From: the human T2T-CHM13v2.0 reference genome, Homo sapiens
DNA: 64,000 nt
Reading direction: 5' to 3' (one strand)
NCBI RefSeq assembly: GCF_009914755.1
Contig: NC_060938.1
In this document: positions 26,884 through 47,235 of the stretch, one piece after another
Position numbering within the stretch: position 1 is the first letter of the stretch
How the letters are laid out: every line of letters starts with the position of its first letter
Translations under genes and position numbers: made by a program
Notes under the pieces: generated by a model
Told to the model about the DNA's origin: nothing
Databases searched by the model: none
Seen by the model: only the letters and a program-made list of their open reading frames with translations

Positions 26884-26957
26884 TTGCTTTGCGGCGTTTT
26901 CCGCGGGGAAACTGTGTAAAGGGTGGGGAAACTTGAAAGTTGGATGCTGCAGACCCG
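26884..26957 (+). other. RAD51B: RAD51B exon 1 (5' UTR)
   Basis: CpG-rich promoter-proximal segment ending AGACCCG|gtactg; joins to GCATGGGT as I recall the mRNA; 5' end approximate. Confidence 0.75.
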
Positions 26958-27309
26958 GTACTGGAAAGTTTCATGTGGGGTGCCGTTGTGGGGAAGTGGG
27001 GTTCGCTCATTATTTCCTGCTCCTTCCCTAGGCTCGTGGGTTTCGATATTGGGGGAGCGGAGATTTTCTCTTGGGTGCTGGTCACGCCCCCTTAAGACTC
27101 GGGATCGTCACTAAGAACCCCGCTGTGAATTGGGGGAGCTTCGGGCCTTCTTTTGGTGGGGAATGCTTGGAAGCTGCTCATTGTTGGAAAAAGCTCTTTT
27201 TAGGGGATTCTGGGTGATGTTTCCGCCTGTTGCTGCCCATCTTCCTCCCCAGCCCCTTCCCGCTTCGGGCAGCCTGTCATTAGGGGAAGTTGAGGGACTC
27301 TCCCACTTC

Positions 27310-27500
27310 AGGTGGTGTTGGAGAGCGTGGAATCTGGAGTCCGGTCCCTGGATTCGAATGCGAGCTTCACACCAATTGTCAGCTGTTTAACTTTGCCCAA
27401 GTTTCTCAACTAGTTACCTCAGTATCCTTATCTGTAAAGTGAGGTAAAATATCCGAAGCCTTTGGAACAGTGTGGCACGTAATAAGGGCTCAATAAATAT
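27310..27500 (+). mobile_element. MIR
   Basis: ctggattcgaat ... cctcagtatccttatctgtaaa core. Confidence 0.55.
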
Positions 27501-28554
27501 TAGCTAATATTGTTCCTAAACAGTTGTTGAACATCTAACATGAAGAATTTTCTTTTCTTGGTGGTAAGGAGGACAGGGTTCATTCTCCAGGGTTGACCGT
27601 CTCCCCTCATGTGCAATACACATACGTGCTTTCGCGCACACATACACCGCAGGAATTTACGTGCTCCGGTGGGGGCAAACAAACTTGCAAGCCATAATAG
27701 TATTTTGATAAGATTATCGAATAGATATGTGCGAAGTTGATGAGAACATTGGAGAGGAAAAGACTTGACTCTGGGGAAGGTTTTGTGGAGGGAAGTCAGG
27801 GAGACAGGATGCGTGACCTACCAATACACATACCATGTGGCTGGAGGGCAGATCATGTGAGAGTCATTAAATGATGATTGCTGACCTTAAGTACTATGTG
27901 CCACGCACTCCCCGAGTCCTTTAACCTCCACTACAGTCATATGAAGTAGTAAATTCATATGACTGTAAAACAAGGGTTTTAAGGAAATTAAGACACTGAG
28001 AGGTGAAGTAACTGCCAGGAAGGATAGGAACTGAACGTTGCAATGTGATGTATGAGTGAGAAGGAAGTGAGGGACCAATTTTTGATGTTTTTCTCTGCGA
28101 CCCTAAGAAGTTTGGAATTTATCCTGTGGTCTACCAGTCCCATGGGAAGTGTTAAAGGATAATCGTGACTTTTTAGGAAGCTACTCAAGGCAGGATTGTG
28201 ACACTGATCTGACTTTTGCAGGCGAATTTGGGGCTTCTTCCTGTCTGCTTCCATAGCACTTTTAAATAGCAATTGTAATGCTTACTGCATGGCTGTAGTT
28301 ATTTGTGTGTACCTCTCTTTTCATCTCAACTATGAGTATTCAAAGGGGAGGGAATATGCTTAAATGATTCTTGTACCCCAGACCTCAGCAGGGTGTGTAT
28401 TTAAATGCCTGTGGAAGGAGTAAATTAAGGAACAAATGAATGGAGTGGCCAGAAACAATATGCAATAGTCCAGGCAAGTGATGGGAGTGGCCCTATTAAG
28501 GCAGAAATGGCAGAATTGGTTGTTGTTAAAGTCCTTGTAGTTTAGAATTTATAG

Positions 28555-28865
28555 TTTTTTGTTTGTTTGTTTTTTGTTTTTGATAGGGTCTCAGTCTGTT
28601 CCCCAGGCTAGAGTGCAGTGGCATGACCACAGCTCACTGCAGGCTCGACCTCCTGGGCTCAGGTGATCCTCTCATCTCAGCCTCCTGGGTAGCTAGGACT
28701 ACTACAGGTGTGCGGCACAATGCCCAGCTAATTTTTGTATTTTTTTGTGGAGACAGGTTCTCTCTATGTTGCCCAGGCTGGTCTCAAACTCCTGGGCTCA
28801 AGCAATTTGCCTGCCTTAGCCTCCCAAAGTGCTGGGATTGTAGGCGTGAGCTACCTTGTGTGGCC
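28555..28865 (-). mobile_element. Alu (AluJ-like)
   Basis: Reverse Alu consensus. Confidence 0.88.
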
Positions 28866-29087
28866 TATGGTTCTTTTCTTTCTCCTTCTTTTTTTTTTTA
28901 AATTGAATTTATCAGTCTAAATGGTGTCATTACTTGAAACTACCTGATCTGAAAAGACACTAGGCAATATTATAGCAGGTATCACTTGGTTTTCTACTGG
29001 GGGAAACAAGTCATTGCTAACAAATTCCCATGGAGAGAAATGAGGAGGATGTATTTTTGTTTGTGAGAGGTGTGTATGTATGTATAT

Positions 29088-29121
29088 TGTGTGTGCGTGT
29101 GTGTGTGTGTGAGAGAGAGAG
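29088..29121. repeat. (TG)n(AG)n microsatellite
   Basis: Visible dinucleotide runs. Confidence 0.85.
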
Positions 29122-29498
29122 ATTGATTCAGTCTGATTCAGAGAATTTAGGTGTTAAATAGAAATTTGGGCCATGGTATTGGAAATAAACAAATATATAC
29201 ATTCTCAGTATACATATATTTTCATTCCAAAATGTTACTTCTTTTCTGATAACTATATTGCTTTATTCCTTGGATCCATGAAGAGTTCCTGTTTCAGTTC
29301 GTTCCAGAGGATACTTCTTTACCATCTCAATGAGATATACAGCTTCTCCTTTGTATGCATTAAGAGACTCACAGTAATTCTTTTTTAGCTCTGTGAAGAT
29401 AAATCTTTCATGAGCCTCATTTACCCCTAGCAAGGTACAATAGTGAAATTTAACTGCATGTGAGAATATAAGCAGCTAGTGTAATAAAGAACATTTTG

Positions 29499-29936
<438 letters not shown>

Positions 29937-29949
29937 TTAAATATGATTA

Positions 29950-30210
29950 TGGACTTGCAGTAGAGTGTAATGGTTAAGAGGATAGGTTTCAGAATTAGAC
30001 TGCCTGGATTCAAATTCTGGATCAGTTATTTATGTTTTCTGGTGACAATGGACTAGCTAACTTTTCCAGGCTTTAGTTTTCTCATATGTAAAAAAGGGGC
30101 CAATAATCTACTTTCCTTCTAGGGCTATTGAGAAGATTAAATGTGATAATTTAGATAAGTTTTGGAACAGTGCCTGGTATGTGGTAGGTGCTCCATAAAT
30201 ATACCTATTG
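29950..30210 (+). mobile_element. MIR
   Basis: gtgtaatggttaagag ... ctggattcaaat ... agttttctcatatgtaaaa core. Confidence 0.65.
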
Positions 30211-30647
30211 CCGTTACAGTGCAATGTAAATTGTTACAGTGCAATAGACTTTCTAGTAGTTCTGTTTGGAAATATGCCTTGAAAGTTAATTACATTTCCA
30301 AATAAAATTTATACATGCATTGAACATTTTAAGATGCTCTACAAATGTGAAGTGGTACTATATTCATGTAGTAAATATCAATTAATTGTGTGAAATTATA
30401 TTTGAGGTTGCCTTGTAGATTTTCTATGTGCCTGTTTGACGAACAATTGTCCCTCCTATTTAAAACATTTAAAAAGGTTCTATAGCATTCCTTTATCAGT
30501 AATATTTTTAACACAATATGTTTCATTTTGCATATGGAGAAACTTGAGGAATTTTTAATTTTGTTTTGGATAGCCTATTCACTATCACTTATGTTATATT
30601 CTGTTGTTTTTTTCATGGTTCTTCTTTTCTTTGCTGGATCTGGAGGC

Positions 30648-30731
30648 ATGGGTAGCAAGAAACTAAAACGAGTGGGTTTATCACAAGAGCTGTGTGACCG
30701 TCTGAGTAGACATCAGATCCTTACCTGTCAG
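30648..30731 (+). CDS. RAD51B: RAD51B exon 2 coding part (c.1-84)
   Basis: ATG 30648 in GGCATGG; MGSKKLKRVG...ILTCQ |gtaaat. Confidence 0.96.
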
Positions 30732-31189
30732 GTAAATTTTATTTAACATTTTTATTGATAAGTTTTATGCACAAGTTAACTTTATACCTTAATACCTCTT
30801 AAACTTGAAATATGAAAATGTAGGCTTACAAAAAAAAGATAAATGATGGTGCTTTTCCATAGGCTAATTGTAAATATCAAGCCTCCTTGGGTGCATTTCC
30901 AACTGCTATTTCATTTACCCAAATTTAGTATTTTTGCATTTTGAGGGGAAAGTGGTCACGGCATAAGGTGAAGTAACAGCTTTACTGTTTTATAGTTACA
31001 TGAGAAATAGGACTCAAATGAGGAGATACTATTCAACATGTATCATTTCTCTTAAAAGCAAAAGAAATTAATAGACCATTTTCTTATTGATGGAGCATGA
31101 GAAATATATAGAGCGGATCTTGCATTTTTAAGCAAGGTGGTGAAGCAAATCCTCCTTAGCAGGGTAAATAAGATTTAAAGGTTTTGGTT

Positions 31190-31661
<472 letters not shown>

Positions 31662-31900
31662 TGATTTTATCTTTAATAAGACATTTTCACAGAGCATTCT
31701 GCAATTTTTTTTTTGAATTGCTTTCTGTGTTAAAGATAACATCGGTTCCTTTGTTATACATTTAATTATTTGCATATTTATACTCGGAAACATTCTTAAA
31801 AGTATGAAATTTGTTATTTCATCCTATAGTCAGTTTCATTCTTTTTCAACTACGAAATATTATCTCTGAGTGAACTTCTAGCTTAGAAAGAAACTCTTTC

Positions 31901-32286
<386 letters not shown>

Positions 32287-32566
32287 TCATACGCACCTGG
32301 ATTGGATGCTGGTGCTATGTGATATTATTTGGTGTATCCTCTGGTATATGCCAACTAAACAGGATAATTAGAAGATAAGTTTGTGTCATTACAACTTTTA
32401 GTTAAGGCATATTTATGGGGAAAATACTACAATGAATGTATAAATCTTTGATCTGCGATAAATTATACTTTTGTCTACATAAGCAGTATCAATTGAAGGT
32501 TTCCTTTTAACTCTAGTATCTTTGTTACACATATATGTTTAAAATACTCTCTTTATGTTTCTTTAG

Positions 32567-32680
32567 GACTTTTTATGTCTTTCCCCACTGGAGCTTATGA
32601 AGGTGACTGGTCTGAGTTATCGAGGTGTCCATGAACTTCTATGTATGGTCAGCAGGGCCTGTGCCCCAAAGATGCAAACG
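32567..32680 (+). CDS. RAD51B: RAD51B exon 3 (114 nt)
   Basis: ctttag| DFLCLSPLELMKVTGLSYRGVHELLCMVSRACAPKMQT |gtatat. Confidence 0.96.
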
Positions 32681-32841
32681 GTATATTTATATTTTATTAT
32701 GATTTGATTATGAATGATTCCTCATCTCATTAAACATGTTTTTTTAGGGATGAGGCACATGCAGAAATAGAGATGAGTACCTCAAAAATACTGAGTTTTC
32801 TACTATAGAAGTTAGTTCTCTAAGGAAAATACATGTGAAAA

Positions 32842-33132
32842 TTTTTTTTTTCTTTTTTGAGACGCTCTGTTGCCCAGGCTGGAGGGCAGTTGCACGATCT
32901 CGGCTCACTGTAGCCTCTGCCTCCTGGGTTCAAGCGATTCTCCTGCCTCAGCCTCCTGAGTAGCTGGGATTACAGGCACGGTGCTACCAAGCCAACTTAT
33001 TTTTATATTATTAGTAGAGATGGGATTTCACCTTATTGGCCAGGCTGGTCTCAAACTTCTGACCTCAAGTGATCTGCTTGCGTCGACCTCCCAAAGTCCT
33101 GGGATTACAGGCGTGAGCCACCGTGCCTAGCC
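32842..33132 (-). mobile_element. Alu
   Basis: Reverse Alu consensus. Confidence 0.9.
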
Positions 33133-33770
33133 TATGTGTGAAAAATTTATGTAGTTTATAAACTCATGGGAGACAATTTCTAAATATGGGAATTAGGGAG
33201 CAACAGAAAGTTTTTATTTTTTTTTCTATAGCCAATAGCAGTAGTTCAAAAGGTCATCTTTCTCTGATTGATTAGGTAGTATTTGATGGCCTCATAGTTA
33301 AATTATAATCTTAATTTTAGAATGCCCCTTTCTTTGATATACTGACCTTTACCATCATCACTTGCTCTAGATCATAAAGTACACATAATTGTACTTGTAG
33401 TTGCTTATTGATTGAATAAAAGGTAATTAAAAATTTATCCTTTACTCTTAAGAAAATTTGAAGTCTTTTACAAAAGCCCTCATCAAATTGTACATTTTTT
33501 CAGACTTTTTGTGTCATGACTGTAGCTTTTCAAAATGTAGATTTGGAGCATGATAGAAATATCTTGTTTTCTCACAGTAAGAGTTTCCTAAAATTCTGTT
33601 CGGTGCTTTGCAAATGTATTTATTTATGTGGACTGTAAGTTTCTTACCTTACTGCCTTATATTGAAATTTACTGAACACTGAACAATGAAGTACAATTCT
33701 CTGAAGAAGGGGAGAAGGAAGGAATGTTAGTGTCACTGGAAACTTCTAAAAACAATGAACAGATATTTGA

Positions 33771-34081
<311 letters not shown>

Positions 34082-34570
34082 AAACAACAGATATTTTCTT
34101 TTGTTCAGATTTAGCTTGTGATCTGAGGAAAATATTTTAAAGACAGGATAGTCAGAAGGAGAATCAGAACTGGAGTTAGAAACTGGCATTAGTCTTAGCT
34201 TTATCATTGATTTCATTGCTTGAACAGCTTTCTTTTATGGGAGAAAACAGAAGTTAAAATACTATGCAATGATTCTGTGACTAGATTCAAATTAACTTGT
34301 TATTATTTTGAAGGTTGTAAAGCACCAGAAAAACCTTTAATTTGTCATCTGTCATTCTAATTAGTCAATATCCATGGCATATTTCCCGTTAATAAATAGA
34401 GAGCATGGTCCCGAAATTCAACTTTAATTTCTACTTCCATCACTACCTTCAGCTGCCATCTTAATACAATTCCAAATACAGTTCAAGAAACCATCTTTCT
34501 CCTATGGTTTACATTCATTCTTGTAGCATTCCTTATATTTCAGCACTGCCCTAAACACTGGCTTAGTTTT

Positions 34571-36721
<2,151 letters not shown>

Positions 36722-36769
36722 CATTGGCTTAGTTTTAGTTCATTTCTTCAGGAAATTTTTTTTGCTCAT

Positions 36770-39378
<2,609 letters not shown>

Positions 39379-40069
39379 AATAATTTTTAATAACAGGAGA
39401 AATGCACAGGATATAAATGGTTAGTGAAAAAAGCAGGCTACAAAATTGTATATAGTATACATGCCAATTTTATAAAAATGACCGTTATAAAGGTATTTGG
39501 TGTATATTGTTAATAATGGTTATCTCAGGATTGTGGAATTTTTTACTGTTCTGTTTTCTTTAACTTTTTTTTTCATTCCAAATTTGCTTTAGGTATGTTA
39601 TGTTCTTTAGGAAAAAAGCAGCAACAGTTCTTGTTTGTCCCCTTGCAGTAATATCTGGCAATTCTCTTAGTCTCAGTTTTTTTACCATTTGCGAAATGGA
39701 GATAATTATACCTGTGTGTAAATGAAATAATGTATGTAAAGTACTTAATACAGCACATAGTAGATGTGCAACAGATGTTCATTAGCTTCCTGTCCTTGCC
39801 TTTTCCTTACTGTTCATGATTCCTGAATCACAGCAATATCTAAGAGGAGCTGATGTTATTTGCTCCATATCCTAGCATAGTGACTGGACAGTGCCCTGGA
39901 GCAGGCAAAACTAAACTGAAATGTAAAGCAGACCATTAACAAAGGGAGGTTGTCAAAAGCCCTTAAAAGAATAAAAGGAACATTAGAAAATAAACATCTT
40001 TTAAAAATCAGGTAAAATTTTAATATCCCAGAAGATTAATAAAAGTAATTAAAAAAACAATTTTCCTTA

Positions 40070-40498
<429 letters not shown>

Positions 40499-40535
40499 TC
40501 AGAATTGTATTATATTGGAAAAACTTCAGATATGT

Positions 40536-40886
40536 AGTGTTTCTCCCCTTGTTCACAGGGAATATGTTTCAAGACCCTCAGTGGATGTTTGAAAATTTGG
40601 ATAGTACTAAACTCTATGTATACTATGTTTTTTGGATCTGATAACTGAGATGATAACTGAGATACTGACTAATGGGCAGGGAGTGTCTACAGTGTGTATA
40701 CACTTGGCAAAGGGATGATTCACATCCAGGTGGGATGATGTGAGATTTCACCATGCTACTCAGACCTGTGTGCAATTTAAAACTTATGAATTATTTCTGG
40801 AATTATCCATTTAATATTTTCAGATCAATGTTGACCAGGGGTAACTGAAACATGGGAAGTGAAACCGTGGATAAGGGGGACTGTTG
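40536..40886 (-). mobile_element. MER44-like TcMar-Tigger MITE
   Basis: Degenerate terminal inverted repeats (ctccccttgttcac / gtggataagggggactgttg) and recognisable internal sequence. Confidence 0.7.
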
Positions 40887-41069
40887 TACTGTGTACCTGG
40901 GTTTAGATATAGTTGCTAGTACCAAAAGTTTTTATCCCCACTACTATTACCTTCTTCTAGCTACCATTATTTTTCTTTGGAATGACTGTAACGTCTTCCT
41001 GACAGATCTCCCAGCTTCAAGCTGTTCTTCACAAACTAATCTGAGTATGTCTTTGAAATTATAATTTGT

Positions 41070-41527
41070 TGTATTAGTTTCCTGTGGCAGTTCTAATACA
41101 AATCACACCCTGGGTGGCTTCAGACAACAGAAATTTATTCTCTTACAGTTTTGGAGTTCAGAGGTTCAAAATTAAGGTGTAGGCAGAGCTGCATTCTCTC
41201 CAGAGGTTCTAGGGGATTATCCGTTCCTTGCCTCTTTCAGCTTTTGGTGGCCATTAACATTCCTTGGCTTGTGGCTGCTTCTCTCTCTATACCATCTTCA
41301 CATAACCTTTTCCTGTGTGTATTGAATTCCCTCTGCCTCTCTTATTAGTGTGGGTATTTAGGGTCCATCTGGATAATCCATGATTATCCCTTCATCTCAA
41401 GAGCTTTAACTTAATCACATCTGCAAACACCCATTTTGCAAATAAGGTAATATTCACAGACAGGTTCTGGAGATTTGATTTGGATATCCAGGGGTGGGGG
41501 TGGGGGGTCATTTCTCAGCCTACCACA
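41070..41527 (-). mobile_element. MLT1 (MaLR) solo LTR, MLT1C-like
   Basis: tgtattagtttcct ... aacagaaatttattctc ... cagcctaccaca. Confidence 0.72.
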
Positions 41528-42182
41528 CCTTCCTTCACACTGTTCTTCACAAACGAACCCAAGTTTGAAATAACTTGTTCATGTCACTCCTTTTTGCATC
41601 TTCAACAGAGCTGTTTATGGTTAGGCCCCTGCTTACTTCTCTAGCCTCATTGCTTGCTGTGCTACACCCACACTCCATCTTTCAACCATTCTAAATGAAC
41701 TGTATATTTACAGTTTGTGTTAGTCCCTGTTTCCTCTCTTGCTTCTTGACCTTTCTTTGTACATTCTGTCCTCTTTGGCAGGAATAGTCAAATTTCCTTT
41801 GCTTACCTAACAGCTCTTTCAGATTTTAGCACGGGCATCCAGCAATTCCATTAAGTTTCCAAAATCTGTATCAGTTATACTTTCCCTATTACAATATCTC
41901 TTATTAATTGTGTTGTAATTGCCTGGTTTCTAGTCCTAATTTCATAGTCCCTGGTTGACTTCATAAGACTGTGAGGGCAACGTCTCTCTCTTTCTGTTAT
42001 GTCATATCCCCATAATCTAGCACAGTCCCTGGCACAGAGTAAATATTTGTTGAACAAATAAATAATAGAAGGGAAAAGGATGGATTAGGGTTAAAATTGC
42101 TAAAATTTAGAGAATTAAAGTTGGTTTATGTTTTTGAATATATATAGAGGTTGAAAAAAAACTTAATCATTTTCTTGTTTAG

Positions 42183-42299
42183 GCTTATGGGATAAAAGCA
42201 CAAAGGTCTGCTGATTTCTCACCAGCATTCTTATCTACTACCCTTTCTGCTTTGGACGAAGCCCTGCATGGTGGTGTGGCTTGTGGATCCCTCACAGAG
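42183..42299 (+). CDS. RAD51B: RAD51B exon 4 (117 nt)
   Basis: gtttag| AYGIKAQRSADFSPAFLSTTLSALDEALHGGVACGSLTE |gtaaag. Confidence 0.96.
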
Positions 42300-42569
42300 G
42301 TAAAGGAAAAATTTTTCGTACCTTCTTCCATTGACCTATAACCTTCAGAGCTAGGGAAAAAGTTTAGTTAAAAAACATAAATTATTTCTGGAACGGTAAT
42401 CTGAATTAAATTATAAGTACTTCAAGGATATGGTTCTCCACTCAGTACTTAGTGTGGTTGTTCTGCAAACAGAGGTGTTAAAAACAAAATCCTTGCTGAC
42501 TGATTAAAATCTACTTAGGTTGCTGTTTCATTGAGTTAACTTAGAAAGTGATAAATATTGCTGGGTGTG

Positions 42570-42737
42570 TTTATATATGTGTTATATATATAATGCATAC
42601 ATATATGTTATATATACATACATGCATACATACATTTATATGTACACACGTCACATATATGTAATATATACACATATGTCATATATGTAATATGTATGCA
42701 CATAAATAACATTATATATTTTATATATATGATTATA
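42570..42737. repeat. (TA)/(CATA)-rich low-complexity tract
   Basis: Visible alternating purine-pyrimidine run. Confidence 0.75.
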
Positions 42738-42970
42738 TCATGCCTGTAATCCCAGCACTTTGAGCAACAAGGCAAGACCCTGTCTTTACCAAAAAAAAAA
42801 TAAAAAAAACCCAGAAACCATTTAGCCATATGTGGTGGTGCATGCTTATGGTCCTAGCTACTCAGGAGGCTGACCTTGAGCCAGGGAGGTCAAGGCTAGA
42901 GTGAGCCATGGTCACACCACTGCATTCCAGCCTGGGTGACAGAGCAAGACCCTGTCTCAAAAAAAAGAAA
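42738..42970 (+). mobile_element. Degenerate Alu (AluJ-like)
   Basis: Alu consensus with deletions. Confidence 0.8.
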
Positions 42971-43159
42971 GTGGTAAATATTATGAAATAATATTATGAA
43001 ACAATTGGGGGAATTAAAAAAGGATCACTCCTTATAAATTAGGAAGGACAATTTGAAATTTTATTAACATATGGAAAAATTATAGTATTAAACTAAAGTG
43101 AGCTGTTTTTACTTTCTGTTATAGATAAAATTTCTTTTAGGAAGTGATAGGTTATTGGA

Positions 43160-43961
<802 letters not shown>

Positions 43962-44246
43962 TAGACAATGTTTATCAATACACTCCTGAGGACTTCTTGC
44001 TTGAAAGTTCTAGGGGCATAAATACTTTCAGGAAACTTCTAAACAAGAACAGATTATTTTCTTACATTCTGATAGTCATAATTTAACTGTGGATTTTTTT
44101 TCCTTGGAGATAGGGACCCTGTTTTAGATACTATATTTTATTTCCTGTCTTCCAAGAGAGATTTAAAGATTTATATGAGCAACACCTAGCAGATGCCTAT
44201 TAAATAGTTGGTAAATAAATGCGTGAATTAGTTATTAATAAAAATG

Positions 44247-44288
44247 CACACACACACATACACACACACACACGCACACACACACACA
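44247..44288. repeat. (CA)n microsatellite
   Basis: Visible CA run. Confidence 0.9.
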
Positions 44289-44308
44289 TCCTCTTCTTTT
44301 GGAATATA

Positions 44309-44327
44309 CTGCCACCAGGTGGTGCCA
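44309..44327 (+). promoter_or_regulatory. Candidate CTCF site
   Basis: CTGCCACCAGGTGGTGCCA, close to CCASYAGRKGGCRS, in otherwise AT-rich unique sequence. Confidence 0.55.
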
Positions 44328-44749
44328 GAATCACATGATTTTACATAAACTTTTTGGGCTGAAGTTCCACTTGCTTAAACAAGGTTTATTACAGTGTGAT
44401 CCACAGTCATAAACTTACTTATTTAAATAGCAAAAACATTGAACTTAAGGAAGATTAACTGGGAAATTCTTTTTACTTTTTAAGTTTTAGAATAATTTTT
44501 AATACTTTTTCACTTAGCTTTTATTAATTATTTTTTAAAATCCAAACAGAAGTTACAAGCCTTTTAGGTGTTTTGTTGTTATCTAATTGGCTGACTTGGA
44601 ATAGGAATATAAATACTTTGACTCCTTAGTAGGGGCAAATTCTCTCCTTTCTGTTCTAGCTACAGGTAGCTTCTTCAATCTTTTTTGTTTTTTGTTTTTC
44701 AACTGAGTACAGGGAGTATATCAAATTATCCTCAAACAGAGTTTTTTTT

Positions 44750-45390
44750 GCTTTTATTACAATTTTTAATTGATACAATAATTGTATATATTTATGGGGT
44801 ACAGTGTGATATTCTGATATGTGTGTGCAATGTATAATGATCAAATCAGGTAATTGGCATATCCATCACTTCAAGCATTTATCATTTTTTGTGTGTGTTC
44901 GGAACATCCAAAAGCCCCTCTTCTAGCTATTTGAAAATATATAATAAATTGTTGTAAATTATAGTTTACCTAAGGTGCTATAGAAAACTAAGACTTATTC
45001 CTCCTGTCTTGCTATAATTTTGTAACTGCTAACCAACCTTTGGCTGTCTCCCTCTAACCATCTCAGCCTCTAATAACCACTATTCTACTCTCCACTTCTA
45101 TGAGATCAATTTTTTTAGCTTCTACATGTGAGTGAGAACATGCAAGGTTTGTCTTTCTGTGTCTGACATTTTACTCAACATAATGACCTTGAGTTCCATC
45201 CATGTTGTTAGAGATGACAGAATCTCATTCTTTTTTATGGCTGAAATAGTACTCCATTGCATGTATGTACCACATATTTATCCATTTGTCTGCTGATGGA
45301 CACTTAGGTTGATTCCATCTCTTGGGTACTGTGAATAGTGCTGCAATAAAAATGGGAGCGTAGATTGACATACTGATTTCATACTGTGTA
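44750..45390 (-). mobile_element. L1MA-type 3' fragment
   Basis: tttttaattgatacaataattgtatatatttatggggtac L1MA 3'-end signature. Confidence 0.7.
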
Positions 45391-45519
45391 TCATACATGC
45401 GCATGCACATACACACATGTGGAGGTAAGAGAGAGCTAGCAAAACGATAAAGTAAATTGGGCAAAATGTTAACGGTGGGTGGATGTGGGAAAAGAATGCA
45501 TATATATATTCTGTATTGT

Positions 45520-45848
45520 TTTTATTTATTTTTAATTTATTTTTATTTTAAATTAAAAAAAAAGATACATGGTCTAGCTGTGTCACCTAGGCTGGAGTGC
45601 AGTGGCACAACCATAGCTCACTGCAGCTTCAAACTCCTGGGCTGAAATGATCCTCCTTCCTCAGCCTCCCAAGTAGCTAGGACTACAGGTGTGCACCACC
45701 ATGCCTGGCTAATTTTTTAAAATGTTTTGTAGAGATGAGGGCTTGCTATGTTGCCCAGACTGGTCTTGAACTCCTGACCTCAAGTGATCCTTTCTGCCCT
45801 GGCCTCCCAACGTGTTGGGATTACAGGTGTGAGCTACTGCGCCTGGCC
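45520..45848 (-). mobile_element. Alu (AluJ-like)
   Basis: Reverse Alu consensus. Confidence 0.85.
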
Positions 45849-45959
45849 TTCTGTTTTTATTAATACCATTTTCCTGTAAGTTTAAAATTATTTCTAGATA
45901 AAAAAGTAAAAAAAAAAAAACCTGTGATGTTTGCTGTAAGTAGATATCCTTGATCAGAA

Positions 45960-47235
45960 ATAAAGAACTTTCCTCCATTTCCTAGCTAAAATACTAATTT
46001 GGTGTTACATTTTATCAAAAACTTTTTTTTCTGCATTGATTGAAATGATTGTATTATTTTTCATCTTTGGTCTAATAGCATGGTGAGAAACATTTAATAG
46101 ATTTTTCTGATGTTAAACTACTATTGCATTTTTGGGACAAGTTCAACTTGGTCATGATATATTATCTTTTTTTATAAACTGTTGGATTCAGTTTGCTAAT
46201 ATTTAAGATTTTTCAATATTTAGGATGGATATTCAGCTGTAATTTTCCTTTTAGTAGTGTCTTTGTCTGAATTAGTATTTATCTTATACTAGTTTGGTAG
46301 AATGGATTATGGAATATCTCTTTTTTTAATATTCTGCAATAGTTTGCCTATGATGGGAATTATTTGTTCCTTGAAGATTTGGTAGAACTTGTCTGAAAAA
46401 TTGTCTGATCTTGATATTTTTCCTTCTGAGAAGATTTTTTAAAAATTCAATTCCTTTAATGATTATAGGACTACTCAGATTTTCTATTTCTTCTTGATTA
46501 GTTACAGTGAATGAGATTTTTAGGAATTTGTCCATTTTCTTTATGTTTTCAAATTTATTATAATAAAGTTATTCATTACAATCTTCCAGCTCTTAAATCT
46601 GGTTTTACATGTGGTTTTTGTCCCCCTTTCCATTTCTGATATTACTTACTTTGTTTTATTTCTCCCTCTCTTTTAAAAAAAATCTTGTCAGAAGTTTGAG
46701 TATGTATGTCATCATTTTAAAGAACTCTGCATTTTGTTGTTCTTTGTTGGTCTTCTCTATTATTTCTTCATCTTCTACCTCCTTTATTTCTGCCATTTTC
46801 TTATTATCTCCTTTTATTTAATTTTTTTGTGGGGTTATTCTTTGCTTCTAACTTCTTAAATTAGATATTTAATCTATTAATTTTCAGTTTTTCTTTTTAC
46901 TCTGACCTTTTAAGACTGAATTTTTCTTGAAGCATTCTATTTTGAGATATAGTATTTCCATTTTCATTCTGTTCTAGAAGTATTTAAACATTCCCATCAC
47001 AATTGCTTCTTTGACTCATGTATCATTTGGAATTTTAAAATATCTAAATTACTTAATTAAAAAAATTTATTTTAATTACATTATTAATCTAATTGCATTT
47101 TTGTCAGATAACTTTGCATGATATTGATTTTTTGAAGTTCCCTGAGACATCTTTTAAGGTTAAATATGTGATGAACTTTGATAAATGTTGCACGTGTGCT
47201 TGAAAAGAATGATTATTCTCTAATAATTGGGTGCC
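45960..47235 (-). mobile_element. Old L1M ORF2 fragment
   Basis: ORF 46326..46535 (MDKFL...NQEEIENLSSPI) resembles L1 ORF2. Confidence 0.65.

Noticed and set aside
41490-41507. G-rich run as a G-quadruplex
   Set aside because: Only three separate G-tracts, inside an MLT1 LTR; no supporting context
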